A stretch of 64,000 nucleotides of DNA from Octopus vulgaris (lineage: Eukaryota). A model generated the notes under the pieces. It was given only the letters and a program-made list of their open reading frames with translations. It had not been told where the DNA came from and searched no databases. The translations under genes were made by a program, and so were the position numbers. Shown here piece after piece: positions 12,789 to 27,144 of the stretch (the first letter of the stretch is position 1; the number at the start of each line of letters is the position of its first letter). The DNA lies in assembly GCA_951406725.2 (NCBI GenBank), contig OX597825.1, forward strand, positions 36,952,001-37,016,000, in the 5' to 3' direction.

Positions 12789-13054
12789 ACCAAATTCTAA
12801 TTAGATAGTGCTGTGTAAACAAAGAAACGTGCGTATTCTGCGTTAAATGAAGAAACGTTCACTAGTAAAAATTCTGTAAAGAACCATAATACTTATAAGC
12901 TTCAAGTTTATAAGTGTTCACTATGTAATGGCTTAAGAAAATAGTTTTATGTTGATGCATTACAGTATTTCCCTCGACGGAAAAAAAGTACGTGTAGTAC
13001 AAGTGGGAATCAAACCCACACCTTACAGGGTGTATATATATATATATATATGTA

Positions 13055-13270
13055 TAAAGAAGTCTGTCGTATATATACATGTATATGTTTGTGTGTGTGT
13101 GTGTGTGTGCCTGTCCGTGTTTACGTCTCCGTAACTTAGCGGCTCGGCAAAAGAGTACGATCGAATAAATACTAGATTTACAAAGTATAAGTTCTGGAGT
13201 CAATTTCTTCGATTAAAACCCTTTAAGACGATGCTCCAGCATGGCTGCAGTCAAATGACTGAGACAATTA
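13055..13270 (+). mobile_element. SINE family C, 3' half
   Basis: ..TAACTTAGCGGCTCGGCAAAAGAG..GCTCCAGCATGGCTGCAGTCAAATGACTGA matches the reverse complement of 23630-23800. Confidence 0.75.
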
Positions 13271-13684
13271 AATATATATATATATATATATATATACATA
13301 CCCATACACACCATGTGATTATGTCTGACTTCGCTTTCTAGACATATGGCGTAAGAAAATTGATTCGCCATACGCGCTGTTTTGATAATTTCAGCCTTAT
13401 ATCGGCTATCTCTCAACAATGGAACACCATCTCATATTATATAGTAAGTTATAAGAGCTATTGTGGTATTCATTCGATGCAACGTAATGTTATTTTAAAT
13501 ATGCGGCAATACAAAATTTGGAGTAAACATATTGGGAGCCTTAGCTGTTTTGTTACTCTGATTATCAGTTTCAAAAATAGCGGTGTTTTAGCAAAATCGT
13601 CAGGACGATGTAAAAAATTCTTAGAGAAATATATACAAAAATAGGTAAAATATACATAAACAAAAATAGGTAAGATATACATAA

Positions 13685-14238
13685 AAAATAAGGTATAAAA
13701 TGTACCAGCTTTGCTAGTCAACACTCCAAAGCCACAAATTTCTCACCATAAATAAACACGTAGGTTAATGTAGCGCATATAAGAAAAAAATAGCCCTTAC
13801 CATTGCAAAAATACAAAGTAAAGTGCAGACATTTCAATATCAATTGATTTCACCTTTTGTGCTAAAAACACTTAGGATCATCAGCTGAGTTTACCGATAA
13901 GCTATTTTTCAAAATATATTCACTACAACGTGTGCGTCGGTTTAGTTGAATGCCAAAGAGACATTAAAAAAAACAAAACAAAAAAACGACGCGTACGGTG
14001 TAGCGAATAGATTTTGAAAAATAGTTTATCAGTAATCTCAGCTGATGGTCCTAAGTGTTTTTAAGCACAAAAGGTGAAATAAATTGATACTGAAATGTTT
14101 GTACTTTTCTTTGTAGTTTTGTAAAGGTAAGGGCTATTTTTATTAACCGTGCGTGTTTATTTATAGTGAGAAATTTGTGGCTTTGGAGTGTTGAGTCCTC
14201 TTTCTAGCAAAGCTTGTACATTTGCTACCCTAATTTTT
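13685..14238. repeat. Long inverted repeat (~255 bp arms, ~40 bp spacer) with a hammerhead-like motif in each arm
   Basis: 13685-13943 is the diverged reverse complement of 13984-14238. Confidence 0.85.
13834..13888 (-). ncRNA. Hammerhead ribozyme-like motif (type I, palindromic stem III)
   Basis: TCAG CTGATGA TCCTAAGTGTTTTTAGCACAAAAGGT GAAA TCAATTGA TA TTGA. Confidence 0.65.
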
Positions 14239-14974
14239 ACTTATCTAAATATACATGCATACATACATGTGTGTGTGTATATGTGTGTGCGTGCGTATAG
14301 ACGTATAAAAGTAGCACTTAGCACGTATTGTTGGAATCGTATTTATTAACTCGTTGGTTTAGCTTCTCTTGTAACTTAAAGTTTCGTGGACCTAAAATGT
14401 CGTCTGTCTCTTCGGACATTCGAACTGAGTGCCAGTTTAACTATTACAGTGTGCAATATCTTCTACTGAAGGTCCTCCTAGACTAGGCCATTCTATGCAT
14501 GATGTCCATCGAGATTACCGCTCTTCATTCCTGTAATTCAATGATCCATCCAACACATTTGATACATCTGCGCCGAACATTTGACAACGGTGACTAAGAG
14601 GCATAAACATCCTGCTTGTGTCTTCACCTATCATCTGTTGTCACTAAAATAGACCATCGTACTTTCTCTCCGTTATACACAAGACATTTCTCAACACCAC
14701 ATGTTTTAGCCACTGATGTCGCTGACTCACCAAATCCTACAAATCGATGATTGAGTGACATCACTACCCCACTTGATTTAACATGTGGGGATATTTCATC
14801 CAGTATCTGTTGTCACTGAGTAATCAGTAAACCAACATGACTCGAACCGAAAAATGCAGTTTAGTTGTCTTTGTAATAAAGAAGCCACCTTGAATTTCTT
14901 TGCTACAAATTGTAAAGGAAATGGACATCCTTTTACGTTTATGAAGCTTAACATGAGGAGTCAAGTCAACCTGT

Positions 14975-15322
14975 CACTCACTCACTCACTCAACTCACTC
15001 ACTCACTCACTCACTCACTCACTCACTCACTCAACTCACTCACTCACTCACTCACTCACTCACTCATTCACTCACTCACTCACTTACTCACTCACTCACT
15101 CTTTCACTCACTCACTCACTCACTTACTCACTCACTCACTCACTCACTCATCAACTCACTCATTCACTCACTCACTCACTCACTCACTCACTCACTCACT
15201 CACTCACTCACTCACTCACTCACTCACTCACTCACTCACTCACTCACTCACTCACTCACTCACTCACTCACTCACTCACTCACTCACTCACTCACTCACT
15301 CACTCACTCACTCACTCACTCA
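14975..15322. repeat. (CACT)n microsatellite, ~350 bp
   Basis: Direct reading. Confidence 0.97.
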
Positions 15323-15421
15323 ATGTATGTATGTGTATGTATATATATACATACATGCATATATACATACACAAACACACACGCACACAGACACACAAAT
15401 ATACACACATACGTGCATGCA

Positions 15422-15806
15422 TCTCTCTATATATAAACGGCAGTTTGTCTGTGCGTGTTTCTGTGTGTCTGTTTGCTTGTACCCTCACCCTGACCACGGC
15501 TTTCAACCGATTCTGATGAAACTTGACACACACATAGCCCAATGTCATAATTCAAAACTAACGCAGCCAAAATTTTGAAAAGTTCCCCCAGTTCTGAAAA
15601 AAATCGATAAATTCGACATGGGGTCGAGAATTAGAAACACGAACCACAAACTGTCTAGGGGACGCAACTCCATCCTTTTTTAACTCTCAAAAAAAATTTA
15701 CCATCATTTTTTTCCATTTTTTTGCTATTTTTTTGCTATAACTCTCTAAAAATGCTTTATAGTTATTTCCCTTACAAACCTGAGCAACGCCGGGCGATAC
15801 TGCTAG
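15422..15806 (+). mobile_element. Non-autonomous Helitron
   Basis: A|TC 5' end (TCTCTCTATATATAAA), subterminal hairpin CCTGAGCAACGCCGGG, 3' CTAG|T, no TSD. Confidence 0.8.
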
Positions 15807-15986
15807 TATACATATAATTCCAGTACATAGTCTTTCATTTATTCTTCTAATGAGAATGATCGGCGTTTGTGGGATAAATGTTCTTCCGGAGTTTTGAAAC
15901 AGCTGGAAAGATTAGGCGTGTGTGTGCGCATGTGTATGCATGCGCGGCGCGTGTGTGTAGTTGCGTGTGTTCGTATGTATAAATGC

Positions 15987-16052
<66 letters not shown>

Positions 16053-16084
16053 ACATATGTTATTATATATGTATATACAAATAT

Positions 16085-16162
<78 letters not shown>

Positions 16163-16559
16163 CAAAAGAATGGATGTATTTGCACGCAGGAAAAATCTAG
16201 GCAAATTTGTCTTTGAAAATGCACCTAAATTTGAAAAACTTGTAATTGCTTTCAAATAAATTTATTTACGTATATACCAAACTAGTTTCAACAATATTTT
16301 TTGTTTATCAATGGTAAAAGTTTAGAATTATGAATTAGAAAAACATTTAAAACTTTCAATATTGTCAAGCTCATAACAGTCAATAATATAAAAACTGTGG
16401 ATCATCTTGTTTAAATGCACAAAATTCAATAGTGTTAGTAGTGATCGACAAGAAATAAATATCAAAGTTTCAGTCATTCTGAGTTTAGAGGGAGAAAAAC
16501 AAGGGAGAAATGAAGATAGTGAGAAAAGGAGTTTGGTTTACAATTTCTGTGATTCTCAT

Positions 16560-18340
16560 TCCGTCGTGTGCGGGAACTTTCGCTTGTAACGGCGTTTATG
16601 GGAATCCGGTTTATTTATAATTTTTTCCGCGAACGGATCTGATTTTTGATTCCTTAACGTACTGGTGACGTCTTGTTTTTCTTGTTGGTTAAGTTTGTCG
16701 TTCTGCCTGTGGGGAACAGTTGTCAGCCGTTCCAGTTGGTTGATTTTCTTAAAGGGTCATTTTGTTGTATTTGCTGAAGTTCGGTTTTGGTCGGAGGTAA
16801 AATTTCATTGGTCTAGAGTTAGGTGACCTTAGCAACTGGTGTTTGTGTGGTGTTATTATATGGTGATTTGGAGTTGCGGTTTCCAAACCTGGGTGGAAGA
16901 CTGTTACTAAAGTTTTTAAGTGTTTGTTGTATCTGGTCGTTTTTTTTTGTGTGGAGAAATTGAGTCTCTTTTCCTTTTCCTTTTTAGTGTTTTGCCTTCA
17001 CTAAGATGTCCAGGAAGGGTAATTGTTTGTGGCTGTATTCCATAGTGAACTGGATACTGTGGTTAATGCTGTTGATTAAGTTTTTAAATTTTGAGGGTTA
17101 TTCAAGGTTATGTGGCCACAGAATGAAACAGTCATCCAGGTAGCGTTTGCAGTTGGTGAGTAAGTATTTTTGGAAGTTGTCTCCAAATTTCAGTCTAGCG
17201 TGCTCGTATATGTGGACTTCCAAGTATGCCATGACAAAGTTGGCAAAAATAGGGGCTACCTTCGTTCCAATAGCCGTGCCCGAGTTTTGTCTATAAGTGT
17301 TCTCATTGAAGTTAAAGAAGTTGTTCTGTAGGATGAATTTTATTCCTTCAACGATGAATTCTTTTCCGATTCTGTCAGTAATGTCATTTGGGAATTTTTC
17401 AGCCAGTACTGTATGGTTATTGTTCCGTATTCGTGAGGAATCGAGGTGTAGAGGTCTATTACATCGAATGAAACCTGAAGGGAGTCCTTGCTGGTTTTGT
17501 TCGGGAGATGGTTCAAAATGTCCAGATCATCCCTTATAAAGCTCGGTAAATGTTGGAGAATAGGTTTAAGGAGAACGTCCTTAAAGTTACTGAATCTGTG
17601 TCTCACACTAGGGACCATCCACAATTGGCCTCATTTTGAGATCTCTCGAGTGTGGAATATTTATGACTACAAAAGCTGATTTGTTACAGACTTCGTTTAT
17701 GGCGTCACTTCTGTGGATTTTAGGAAGTCCACAAAAATTGTTGGTTTTGCAGTCAAATCTAGTCAAGTAATCTCCCCTTTTCCGTTAAACATTGTTGGAG
17801 CTGGTGGATAAGGATAGAAGGTTTTGTCCTTATCTTGGATTGACTGTAGTTGTTGATTTTTTTCTTAGTATGTATTCTCTTGAAGGAGGATTATGATAGT
17901 GTTGATGTATTTTTCTGAGTTTATGATTACTACAGCACTCACTTTATCGGCTTCTTTTATGATTATATAATGATCCTCCTTGAGATATTTAATGATTTCC
18001 CATTCTTCTCGACTTGTATTTGTTTTAAATTTTCGAGTTGGGAGTAAATTATAGGGATAACTGGATACCAAATCACAAAAGTTATCCAGAGTTTGATTTC
18101 TTCCTTTTGTCGGACAATAGTTACTTTTATTAAGAGTGATCATAAGTTTCTTTATCCAACAGCTCTTCAGTGACTCAAGGTTATCTGCAGAATTCCTGGA
18201 TATCATTTTGTATATCATTTAGGTTCGACCTTTGTGGTGTTGGGGGGAATTTCAGTCCTTTTGCGAGAATTTTGAAAGGGTTTTATGTGAGAGATTTAAC
18301 ACATTCGGCATCTCACATTTGGTTGGTACCATCGAGTGTC
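16560..18340 (-). mobile_element. Degenerate Penelope/Poseidon-type retroelement RT
   Basis: Minus-strand motifs IIKEADK.SAVVI, GLPKIH, LLKPILQHLPSFIRD, SFDVIDLYTSIPH, YRQNSGTAIGTKVAPIFAN, RYLDDCFILW, IQFTMEYSHKQLPFLDI. Frameshifted. Confidence 0.88.
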
Positions 18341-18435
18341 CCGGTTTTGGCCCAATTTGGTATATATGTAAATAAATTTATTTAAAAACAATTACAACAT
18401 TTTCAAATTAAAGTGCATTTTCAACAACAGATTTG

Positions 18436-18488
<53 letters not shown>

Positions 18489-19285
18489 AAAGTTCAGCCC
18501 TGAATTTGTTTATTTTTATGTTTCTTGATTATGCCTGTACTGAAGATTAAAAAGTACATTTTTGTGGACTAATTATGAATTCATATGATCTGCGGCTGAA
18601 TCTGTTTTCAAAAAGTTCGCTTCGAGAGTTGCATTCCCTCACGTTCGATAAAATGTGATTGCAATAATAGTTTTGACTTTAAGAGTACCTCCTAGCGTGA
18701 GGCATTTATGTATATTAATGTCCTTAATATAAATAAATATATCTACATATAAGTAGTTAGGTAAATCCCAGCTGTTCCTCTTGAAGCACGTCTGTTCATT
18801 CCATTATTACAATCTAGTATGTAGTCCCAGTTGCGACTGAATGTAAGTACAAATACATATTAAAATTGAGAATTATAGAAATATTATTTGCACGTGTTTG
18901 ATTTACTAATAAGAATTGCTAAGTTTTACACGTTAGGTAGACAGGTAAGGAATTTCCTATTAGAAATTCTTCTGACAGGGAAATTAAATAATACAAGTCT
19001 TACATTTTGATGAACCGTTTATATTCAGTAACCAGGTGAGGGAAAAAGAGCAAATATATTTAGAGAAATAAAGAGAGTCATACACACACGCACACACATG
19101 CGTATATATATATATAATAATATAATAAGAAAATGGAGGAACAGATTCCTTTCAATCATCAACTTACAGATAATACCAATTCATATTATTTATTAACTAC
19201 TTAAATAGGAACATCCAAATCCAACAGAATAAAACAATATACATCAATAAGTAAGATAATACCATAAAAATAATACATATAAAAT

Positions 19286-19414
19286 GGATCTTACAGCTGT
19301 TTCAGCCTGTAGATAAAGGTATCTCATTGTGCCTATATTAGTCATATGTATTGAGGTAATATGCACTTAAAAATGAGTTACTTATATATATATCTCAAGG
19401 CCTCGTCAGAAGTT
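19286..19414 (-). ncRNA. Hammerhead ribozyme-like motif with ~100-nt stem II
   Basis: CTGACGA GGCCT..(AGATA/TATCT, CTCATT/AATGAG, GTGC/GCAC, ATATTA/TAATAT)..AGGCT GAAAC AGCT GTA; stem I weak. Confidence 0.6.
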
Positions 19415-19480
19415 ATAAAGTAGAATTATAAAAATATAAAATGCAAATGTAAATATGAAACAAAATACACATACACAAGA

Positions 19481-19523
<43 letters not shown>

Positions 19524-19697
19524 AGTGTATATACATATATATATATATATATACAAATATATATAAGTATATATATAATAATATACATACACGTAAGGTT
19601 ACTGATAATCAAATATATATACTGGAGTATACAAATACATCCACATCAATGGGTATATATACAAAGTCCAAAGTTCATTATATTAAATTACCAAAAC

Positions 19698-19770
<73 letters not shown>

Positions 19771-20353
19771 AATAATACCAATAATGGAATATGTGTATTC
19801 TGCTATTCACAATACATAGTAGATGGAAAATACCACATAAGATATAGTATAATATAATATAGTGTAATATAATATAATATGATATAATATATTGTATATT
19901 ACATATATGATATAGTATAACATAATATATAGACAGATGTTTATGGTAGATGCAAGGATATTAATTCAACCAATAATGCCATTATACTCATATATCATAC
20001 AGTCAAAATCGAAACTTCAGTCTTAATCTACATACATATACTCGTATATATACACACAGGTAACAAATACATGTATATGCATATACATACATGCGTAAAA
20101 ACATCAACTAATACATATACATATATAAAGAGATTTTATCCTTTTACATCATACAAAAGATATATGCGTGTACATACGTAGAGTTCACAGATCAAGAGGT
20201 AAGAGACAGGCCGTAACGGACTGTGCTTACGTTATTATCAATACAGTATTACAGTGGTTAAAAATCTTACGGGGGTAGGGGAGAGATTATTTACAATCTC
20301 AAGCTAACTGATATCCCATAGTGGGTTACACTCATAACCCCTATCTCACTTTG

Positions 20354-20393
<40 letters not shown>

Positions 20394-20401
<8 letters not shown>

Positions 20402-20638
20402 TAAATTAGAGACCACTATTAGGCAAATCATACAATGAATAACTTAAGCCAATACATAAGATTATTTAATTTATATTATTTAAATATATAACAAAATTAT
20501 TAAAAAAATATAATTATATTTTTTTAATAATTTTGTTATATATTTAAATAATATAAATTAAATAATCTTATGTATTGGCTTAAGTTTTTCATTGTATGAT
20601 TTGCCTAATAGTGGTTTTGTCTCTAATTTAATATAATA
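20394..20638. repeat. Near-perfect spacerless AT-rich palindrome (~120 bp arms)
   Basis: Axis at 20513/20514. Arms match apart from a 5-bp indel and about one substitution. Confidence 0.9.
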
Positions 20639-20718
20639 TAATATTTTACTATAAAATTGGATTCAATCCTAAATTTGATTTTTCCCTGTAAGTTTGGATT
20701 TATTCCCTAATATTTATT

Positions 20719-20771
<53 letters not shown>

Positions 20772-21204
20772 TCACAAATACACACATATATGCATATTCC
20801 CACGCCTGTACACACACATATACACACGTATTATGTATTATGCAACATAATGGGTACAATGCAAAACCATACAGGTACTGATTTAGATGTATATAAACAA
20901 ATTTAAGCTTGTATATTTTTACAAACACACATATATATGAACATATATATATATATGAATGTACTCTCACATACAGGTATACACACACGCACACATACAC
21001 ATGGACATATACACACACACATACCTATTTATCCATTTTTTCTCATTAACTATTCGATCGAACCTTGTGTTTCTTCTAGCCAACTCTAATGCTGTCGGAC
21101 TATCTTACTCTGATTAAGAAGTGGGAGTTTATGAATTCGATCAGTCCAAGCACTAATTCGCTGCTTATCTATTCTAAGTTTGTACTGGTATATTTTCACT
21201 CCAC

Positions 21205-21675
<471 letters not shown>

Positions 21676-22679
21676 GGGTGTGTTTTACGTATTAGGAGTT
21701 AAAATTCTGTGTGGATGGTTAACATATTTATATGATAACAGTATTAATAATATATTTGTACATCAATATATTTAGTGAACACTCGCCTCGTGTAAACACC
21801 TGCCTTCCTATATACATATATATCAACATGCCTATATACGCATATATGCAAATAGGTATTGTTATATGTATATATATATATATATATCTACGAGTGTGTA
21901 TGCACTTGTGAGCATGTTCTATGTATGCAAATGTACATATGCATATACATACCTATATATAAACACACACACACACACAAACACAAATGTAAATATTCAC
22001 TTGCTTACATACATTCATAACTCTACACTCACACATGCATATATATATACTGCACCGTTTGCCGCCCCCAATCATTATTGATCTAAAGATGTGACGAACA
22101 AACGTAAGGCAACACAACAAATACAGGCAAACAGGTATGAGAAAAATTCGCTATCAGAACGAGGTAATGAAATAACTAACGGAATTGATTTTCTTCTTTA
22201 CACGTTCAACTCTGCAGGGGTACTTTTCTTTGATATCAGGCGTTAGGGGAGGCTAGAACAATAATAATATATATATATACATATATATATACATACACAC
22301 ATATACATATATATGTATGTGTATATATGCGTGTGTATATATACATGTATATACATATATATGTGTGTATTTAATTACATACGTATACACATACATGTAT
22401 ATATATATATGTGTATATTTATATATGTAGGGAGAGGGAGAGAGGGAGAGAGAGGGAGAACGAGAGAGAGAGAGAGAGAGAGAGAGAAGAGAGAAGGAGA
22501 GAGAGAGAGAAAATACATATGAATAAAAATAAACTCCCATAGGGTCAGTGATGTAAATGAAGTGAAATGAAGTGGAAATAAATAAATAAGTAAATAAATA
22601 AATATTATTATTATTATAACATGAATAATTACAATAGAAAACATGATGAAATCGATGCGAAAATATAACAACAACAACG

Positions 22680-22750
<71 letters not shown>

Positions 22751-23629
22751 AAGTAATATCAACAATATTTTTTCACTTAATGCCAAAAATAATAATCATG
22801 TTAATAATTTTAGATCGAACCCAGACGTGTATTATTTGAATAAAGACGTGTTACATTGTGAACGGATATTAATTTTCGACTAAGGGAGAGAGAAAGAGAG
22901 AGAGAGAGTGAAAGCAGCGGGTAAGAGTGAAATTGTAGATATGATTGTGGACAAGGCTGTAAAACACCAGTAATGAACGATTTACGATATTTTGGTTCAT
23001 TCTCTCGAGTTCAAATCTTGCAGGCACGACCTTGTTTTGCATCGCTCTGACCAGGGCTGTCATTATAGCATTATAGACCCCAGAGCACTGGGGCCTATAA
23101 TAGTTATTTATTGACAGTAAGCCAAAGAATACGGAGATCAGAATTGGGCCCCGAAACCCGTGAGGCCACTAGACCATAAATGTCTCTAGGTAACTGCCCA
23201 ATGCATATGTCTTCAGACGGCTCTGGTTCTGTCGTCGATTAAATAAGTGCAAATAAGTTAGTAAAACATAATTCACTTAACCCAGTCAAAAGCTCAGTAC
23301 AAAATCAGTTACTGTATCTAATTAAATTATATTTTGTCAAATTTGATACGCACTGATGCCCACCCTAATAATACATTATCGATCTATACATGGCAGTATA
23401 TTGGTTCCGGGTTACTGCGGTTGATTTTAAACTTCATCGAGGTTAACCTTGATTTTATCGTTTCCGGATCGATAAATAAAATGCCTCTCCAAGAGTAGAT
23501 TCTTTTATTCTCTCTTTTTGGAAGAAAGAGATAGGCTCTACTAGATATATGATATCGTATATGATATCGGTGCCTCCGTTACGGCTCAAGTTACAGGCTC
23601 AAGGAAGTAAGGTTCAACCCATCGATCCC

Positions 23630-23831
23630 TTTCACTCTTTTTCTTGTTTAAATCATTTGACTGCTGCCTTGCTGGAGCACCGCCTTTTAGGGTTTGTCGA
23701 GCAAATCGACCTCAATACTTATTTTTCTAAAGTCAGACCCTTGTTCTATCAGTCACTTTTGCCGGACCACTCCGTTGCAAGAATAAACAAACCGACACCT
23801 GTTGTTAAGTAACGGGGTGGAAATACAAACG

Positions 23832-23928
<97 letters not shown>

Positions 23929-24090
23929 CGTACTAACACGCTGTTTCCGTTTACCAAGTTCAAAGACAAAGCATTGGTCGGTTCAGAGCTGTAGAAGAAG
24001 ACACTTGCCCAAAGTGTTGCGCTGTGGAACTAAAGTCGGAGCTCACTTGGTTATGAAGTAAACATCTTAACTGTACAGCCATGCCTGCAC
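23630..24090 (-). mobile_element. tRNA-derived SINE (family C) with internal (TG)n
   Basis: Homologous to plus-strand head at 29996-30165 and tail at 13055-13270. Fragments also at ~5490-5645, 56850-56910, 61810-61965. Confidence 0.75.
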
Positions 24091-24313
24091 CTACCTACCT
24101 ACCTACCTACCTACCTACCTACCTACCTACCTACCTACCTACCTACCTACCTACCTACCTATCTACCTACCTACCTACCTACCTACCTACCTACCTACCT
24201 ACCTACCTACCTACCTATCTACTTACCTACCTACCTACCTACCTACCTACCTACCTACCTACCTACCTACCTACCTACCTACCTACCTACCTACCTACCT
24301 ACCTGCCTGCCTA

Positions 24314-24369
<56 letters not shown>

Positions 24370-24391
24370 ATATCTATCTATCTATCTATCT
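24090..24391. repeat. (CCTA)n grading into (TCTA)n
   Basis: Direct reading. Confidence 0.97.
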
Positions 24392-25794
24392 GTGTTCTGT
24401 TTTTCTAGCGCAAAAGGTTTCAAATCTAGATTACGAAATCGAGTTCGGATTCTATTCTAGGCGTCTGCGTTCTATCATTAGACAAAATACTTAGTTCAGT
24501 TATTTTATTTATCTTAACAAGATATGAATTCCTCTTAATGACTGATAAAATAGCAAAGTAACAGAAATATCCTTTCTTAAGACACCAGAGACAACATCCT
24601 TACCCTTATCTTACTGTCCATACGTATAACTCACACATATTTCCTTGTAATTTCTGCAAACGTTAATTGTTACTGCTCTGCGCTTCGAAAACATTAGTTT
24701 CCACGCAGGCATGCCGCAATATGTAGCAGAGTGACGACGATGACGGCGACGAAGGTTAATGATGATGGTGATGACAATGATAATGGTATTGTTGACGATG
24801 CTGATGATCCTGGTGATGTTGATGATCATGATAATGACGATGATATTGACAATGGGAATGGTGCTGAGTTTTATCGCAACACAGATAACAGACTTAACAC
24901 TGAAACGAAATTGGTGATGGTAATGTTCAGAATGATGCTGATGACGACAATGACGATGATGATAATACTACTGCTGCTACTGATGATGATGAGGATGATA
25001 ATGAAGCGGATGATAATGAAGATAAGATGGTTATAATAATGACGATAATGTTGATTGTGGTGGCGGTGGTGGTAGTTAATTTTTAATATCTATTTCGTGT
25101 AGTTACTGCATTATTCTTAAGTACCAGACATTATTTCATAGCTCAAATGAATATGTAAGTAAAACACCCAAACACAAAATTTAACGTTAGTTCTTAATAG
25201 TAAACCCTGTTTATATTACATTACCGGAGTGTGTTTGTCTTTATAATTCAATATAGTTTAATTCATTTCAGTTCAGTTCATTTAAGTCCAGTTCGATTAA
25301 ATTTTTGATTTCATTTTAATAAAACAACCAAATAAAAACAAAAATAATACAAACAGATATTAAATGTCTGAACAGAGTTGTTAATAAGATTAGAATTTTT
25401 CGGTTTAGTGACCTCATCTTTAGTGATGAAAATTTTTTATTAATATTTTAATATAACATAATATTTTAATATTACAAACTATTTTAATATTTAATATTTA
25501 AATCTATACAAAAATGAACAAGAGGATATTAAAGCAAATTTTTCTCCAAAGATCACGTTAATGGTCTGAAAAATTAAATCATATTAACAAAAAATATATT
25601 ATGTTACAACGTATATACATACATATACATACATACTACATATATACATACATATGTATCATATATATTCATATATATATATACACATATAAATATACAT
25701 ACACTTACATAGTAATATATATATCTATATATGTGTGCGTGTGTGTGTGTGCATACCTTATAAAGTAGTGTTTATATGTGAACTGTAACGTTTG

Positions 25795-26040
25795 AGGAGA
25801 TGCGTGGCCTACTTGTTAGTATGTGGCACTTATGATCGTAAGACTGTGGTTTCGATTCCTGTACCGGACAATGCGTTTTGTTCTTTAGCAAAACACTTCA
25901 TTTCACGTTGCTTCTGTACACTCATTTGGCTGAAATGAGTAATCCTGCGGGGGCTGATGTCCCTTCCAGTGATGCGGGGAATATATACAACCCAGAATCC
26001 ACGAAACCAGCCTTATGAGCCCATGGCTCAAAAAGAACTG
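25795..26040 (+). mobile_element. tRNA-derived SINE, diverged
   Basis: A-box-like TGGCCTACTTG, B box GGTTTCGATTCC, head similar to family A. Confidence 0.65.
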
Positions 26041-26369
26041 TGATCTTTATTTGTTTCTGATATAGCTTACTGGACCGTTAGAGGTGGAGTGGAGTCTCAC
26101 TGAAAACTTTCTGTCCATGTAATGTATATGGATCATGTCAGCATAGCGGAACCAGTCTCGTTATATTCACAAGAGATGTTCAACTCAGCAACACAAACGA
26201 GTGGAACAATCATGAATACTAAAGGTTCCACTGTGCTATAAAACGACGTGTTGTTCATATTGTGCAATACCTGTTATATCATAAACAATATGACAGTGAG
26301 AAAAATAACTAGGAGGAGTGTTGTGTATAATTAATATACAAATGATAGGGTCAATCGTATGTAATGTAA

Positions 26370-27050
26370 TTGTTGAGGCTTCTCGTTCTGATACAAAGCT
26401 GCTAGTTGCAGTGAAACAAAACATTCCGGAGAAATAAGTTCTCCATAAAAATGGCCAGTTACGAAGATAGTGGGTAGGGAAAGGAGAAACACCTGTACCC
26501 CAGGATAAAGAAAGTCTTCACTCACATAAAGTGTTGTTAACTGTTTGGTGGGATATGAAAGGTTTTGTCCACTTTGAAATTTTAAACCCCAACCAAACAA
26601 TAACAAAGATCTACTGCGAGTAGGTTGAATGGCTTAAGTCAGTGCTAGAGGAAAAACGACCATCTTTGGTTTCAAGACGAAAGATGTTCTTCCACCAAGA
26701 TAATGTTCAGCCACATACAACGAGGATGACATTCTAAAGGATGACATTCCACCTACCATATTTGCCGGGCATTATTCCATCTGATTATCATTTATTCCGT
26801 AGTCTTCAAAATCATTTGAACGGAAAAAATAGGAAATCTGTAGACGAGGTCAGTATAGTACTGGAAAAGCATTTTTCGTCACGGACAAGGGAATTTTGGA
26901 AGAGGGACCTTGAAAGCCTACCTGATATATGGAAGAGCATTGTAGAAAATTAAGGCGAGTATATGTTAGTTAAAAAAAGAACTTTGCTTACCTTTATTTT
27001 GAAAAATAAAAGTATAAAAACAGCATTATTTATGAGATGATCCAATATTT
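26370..27050 (+). mobile_element. Mariner transposase relic (catalytic domain)
   Basis: KVLLTVWWDMKG, HQDNVQPH, HLPYLPGIIPSDYHLFRSLQNHLNGK, W..IVEN.GEY; several stops. Confidence 0.85.
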
Positions 27051-27086
27051 GTATTTGTACGCGCGCGCACATGCACAACAACACAC

Positions 27087-27142
<56 letters not shown>

Positions 27143-27144
<2 letters not shown>

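Noticed and set aside
14854-15516. 220-aa ORF of LTHS repeats
   Set aside because: Reading of the (CACT)n array.
24731-25036. Asp/Met-rich ORF
   Set aside because: Degenerate (GAT)n low-complexity tract.
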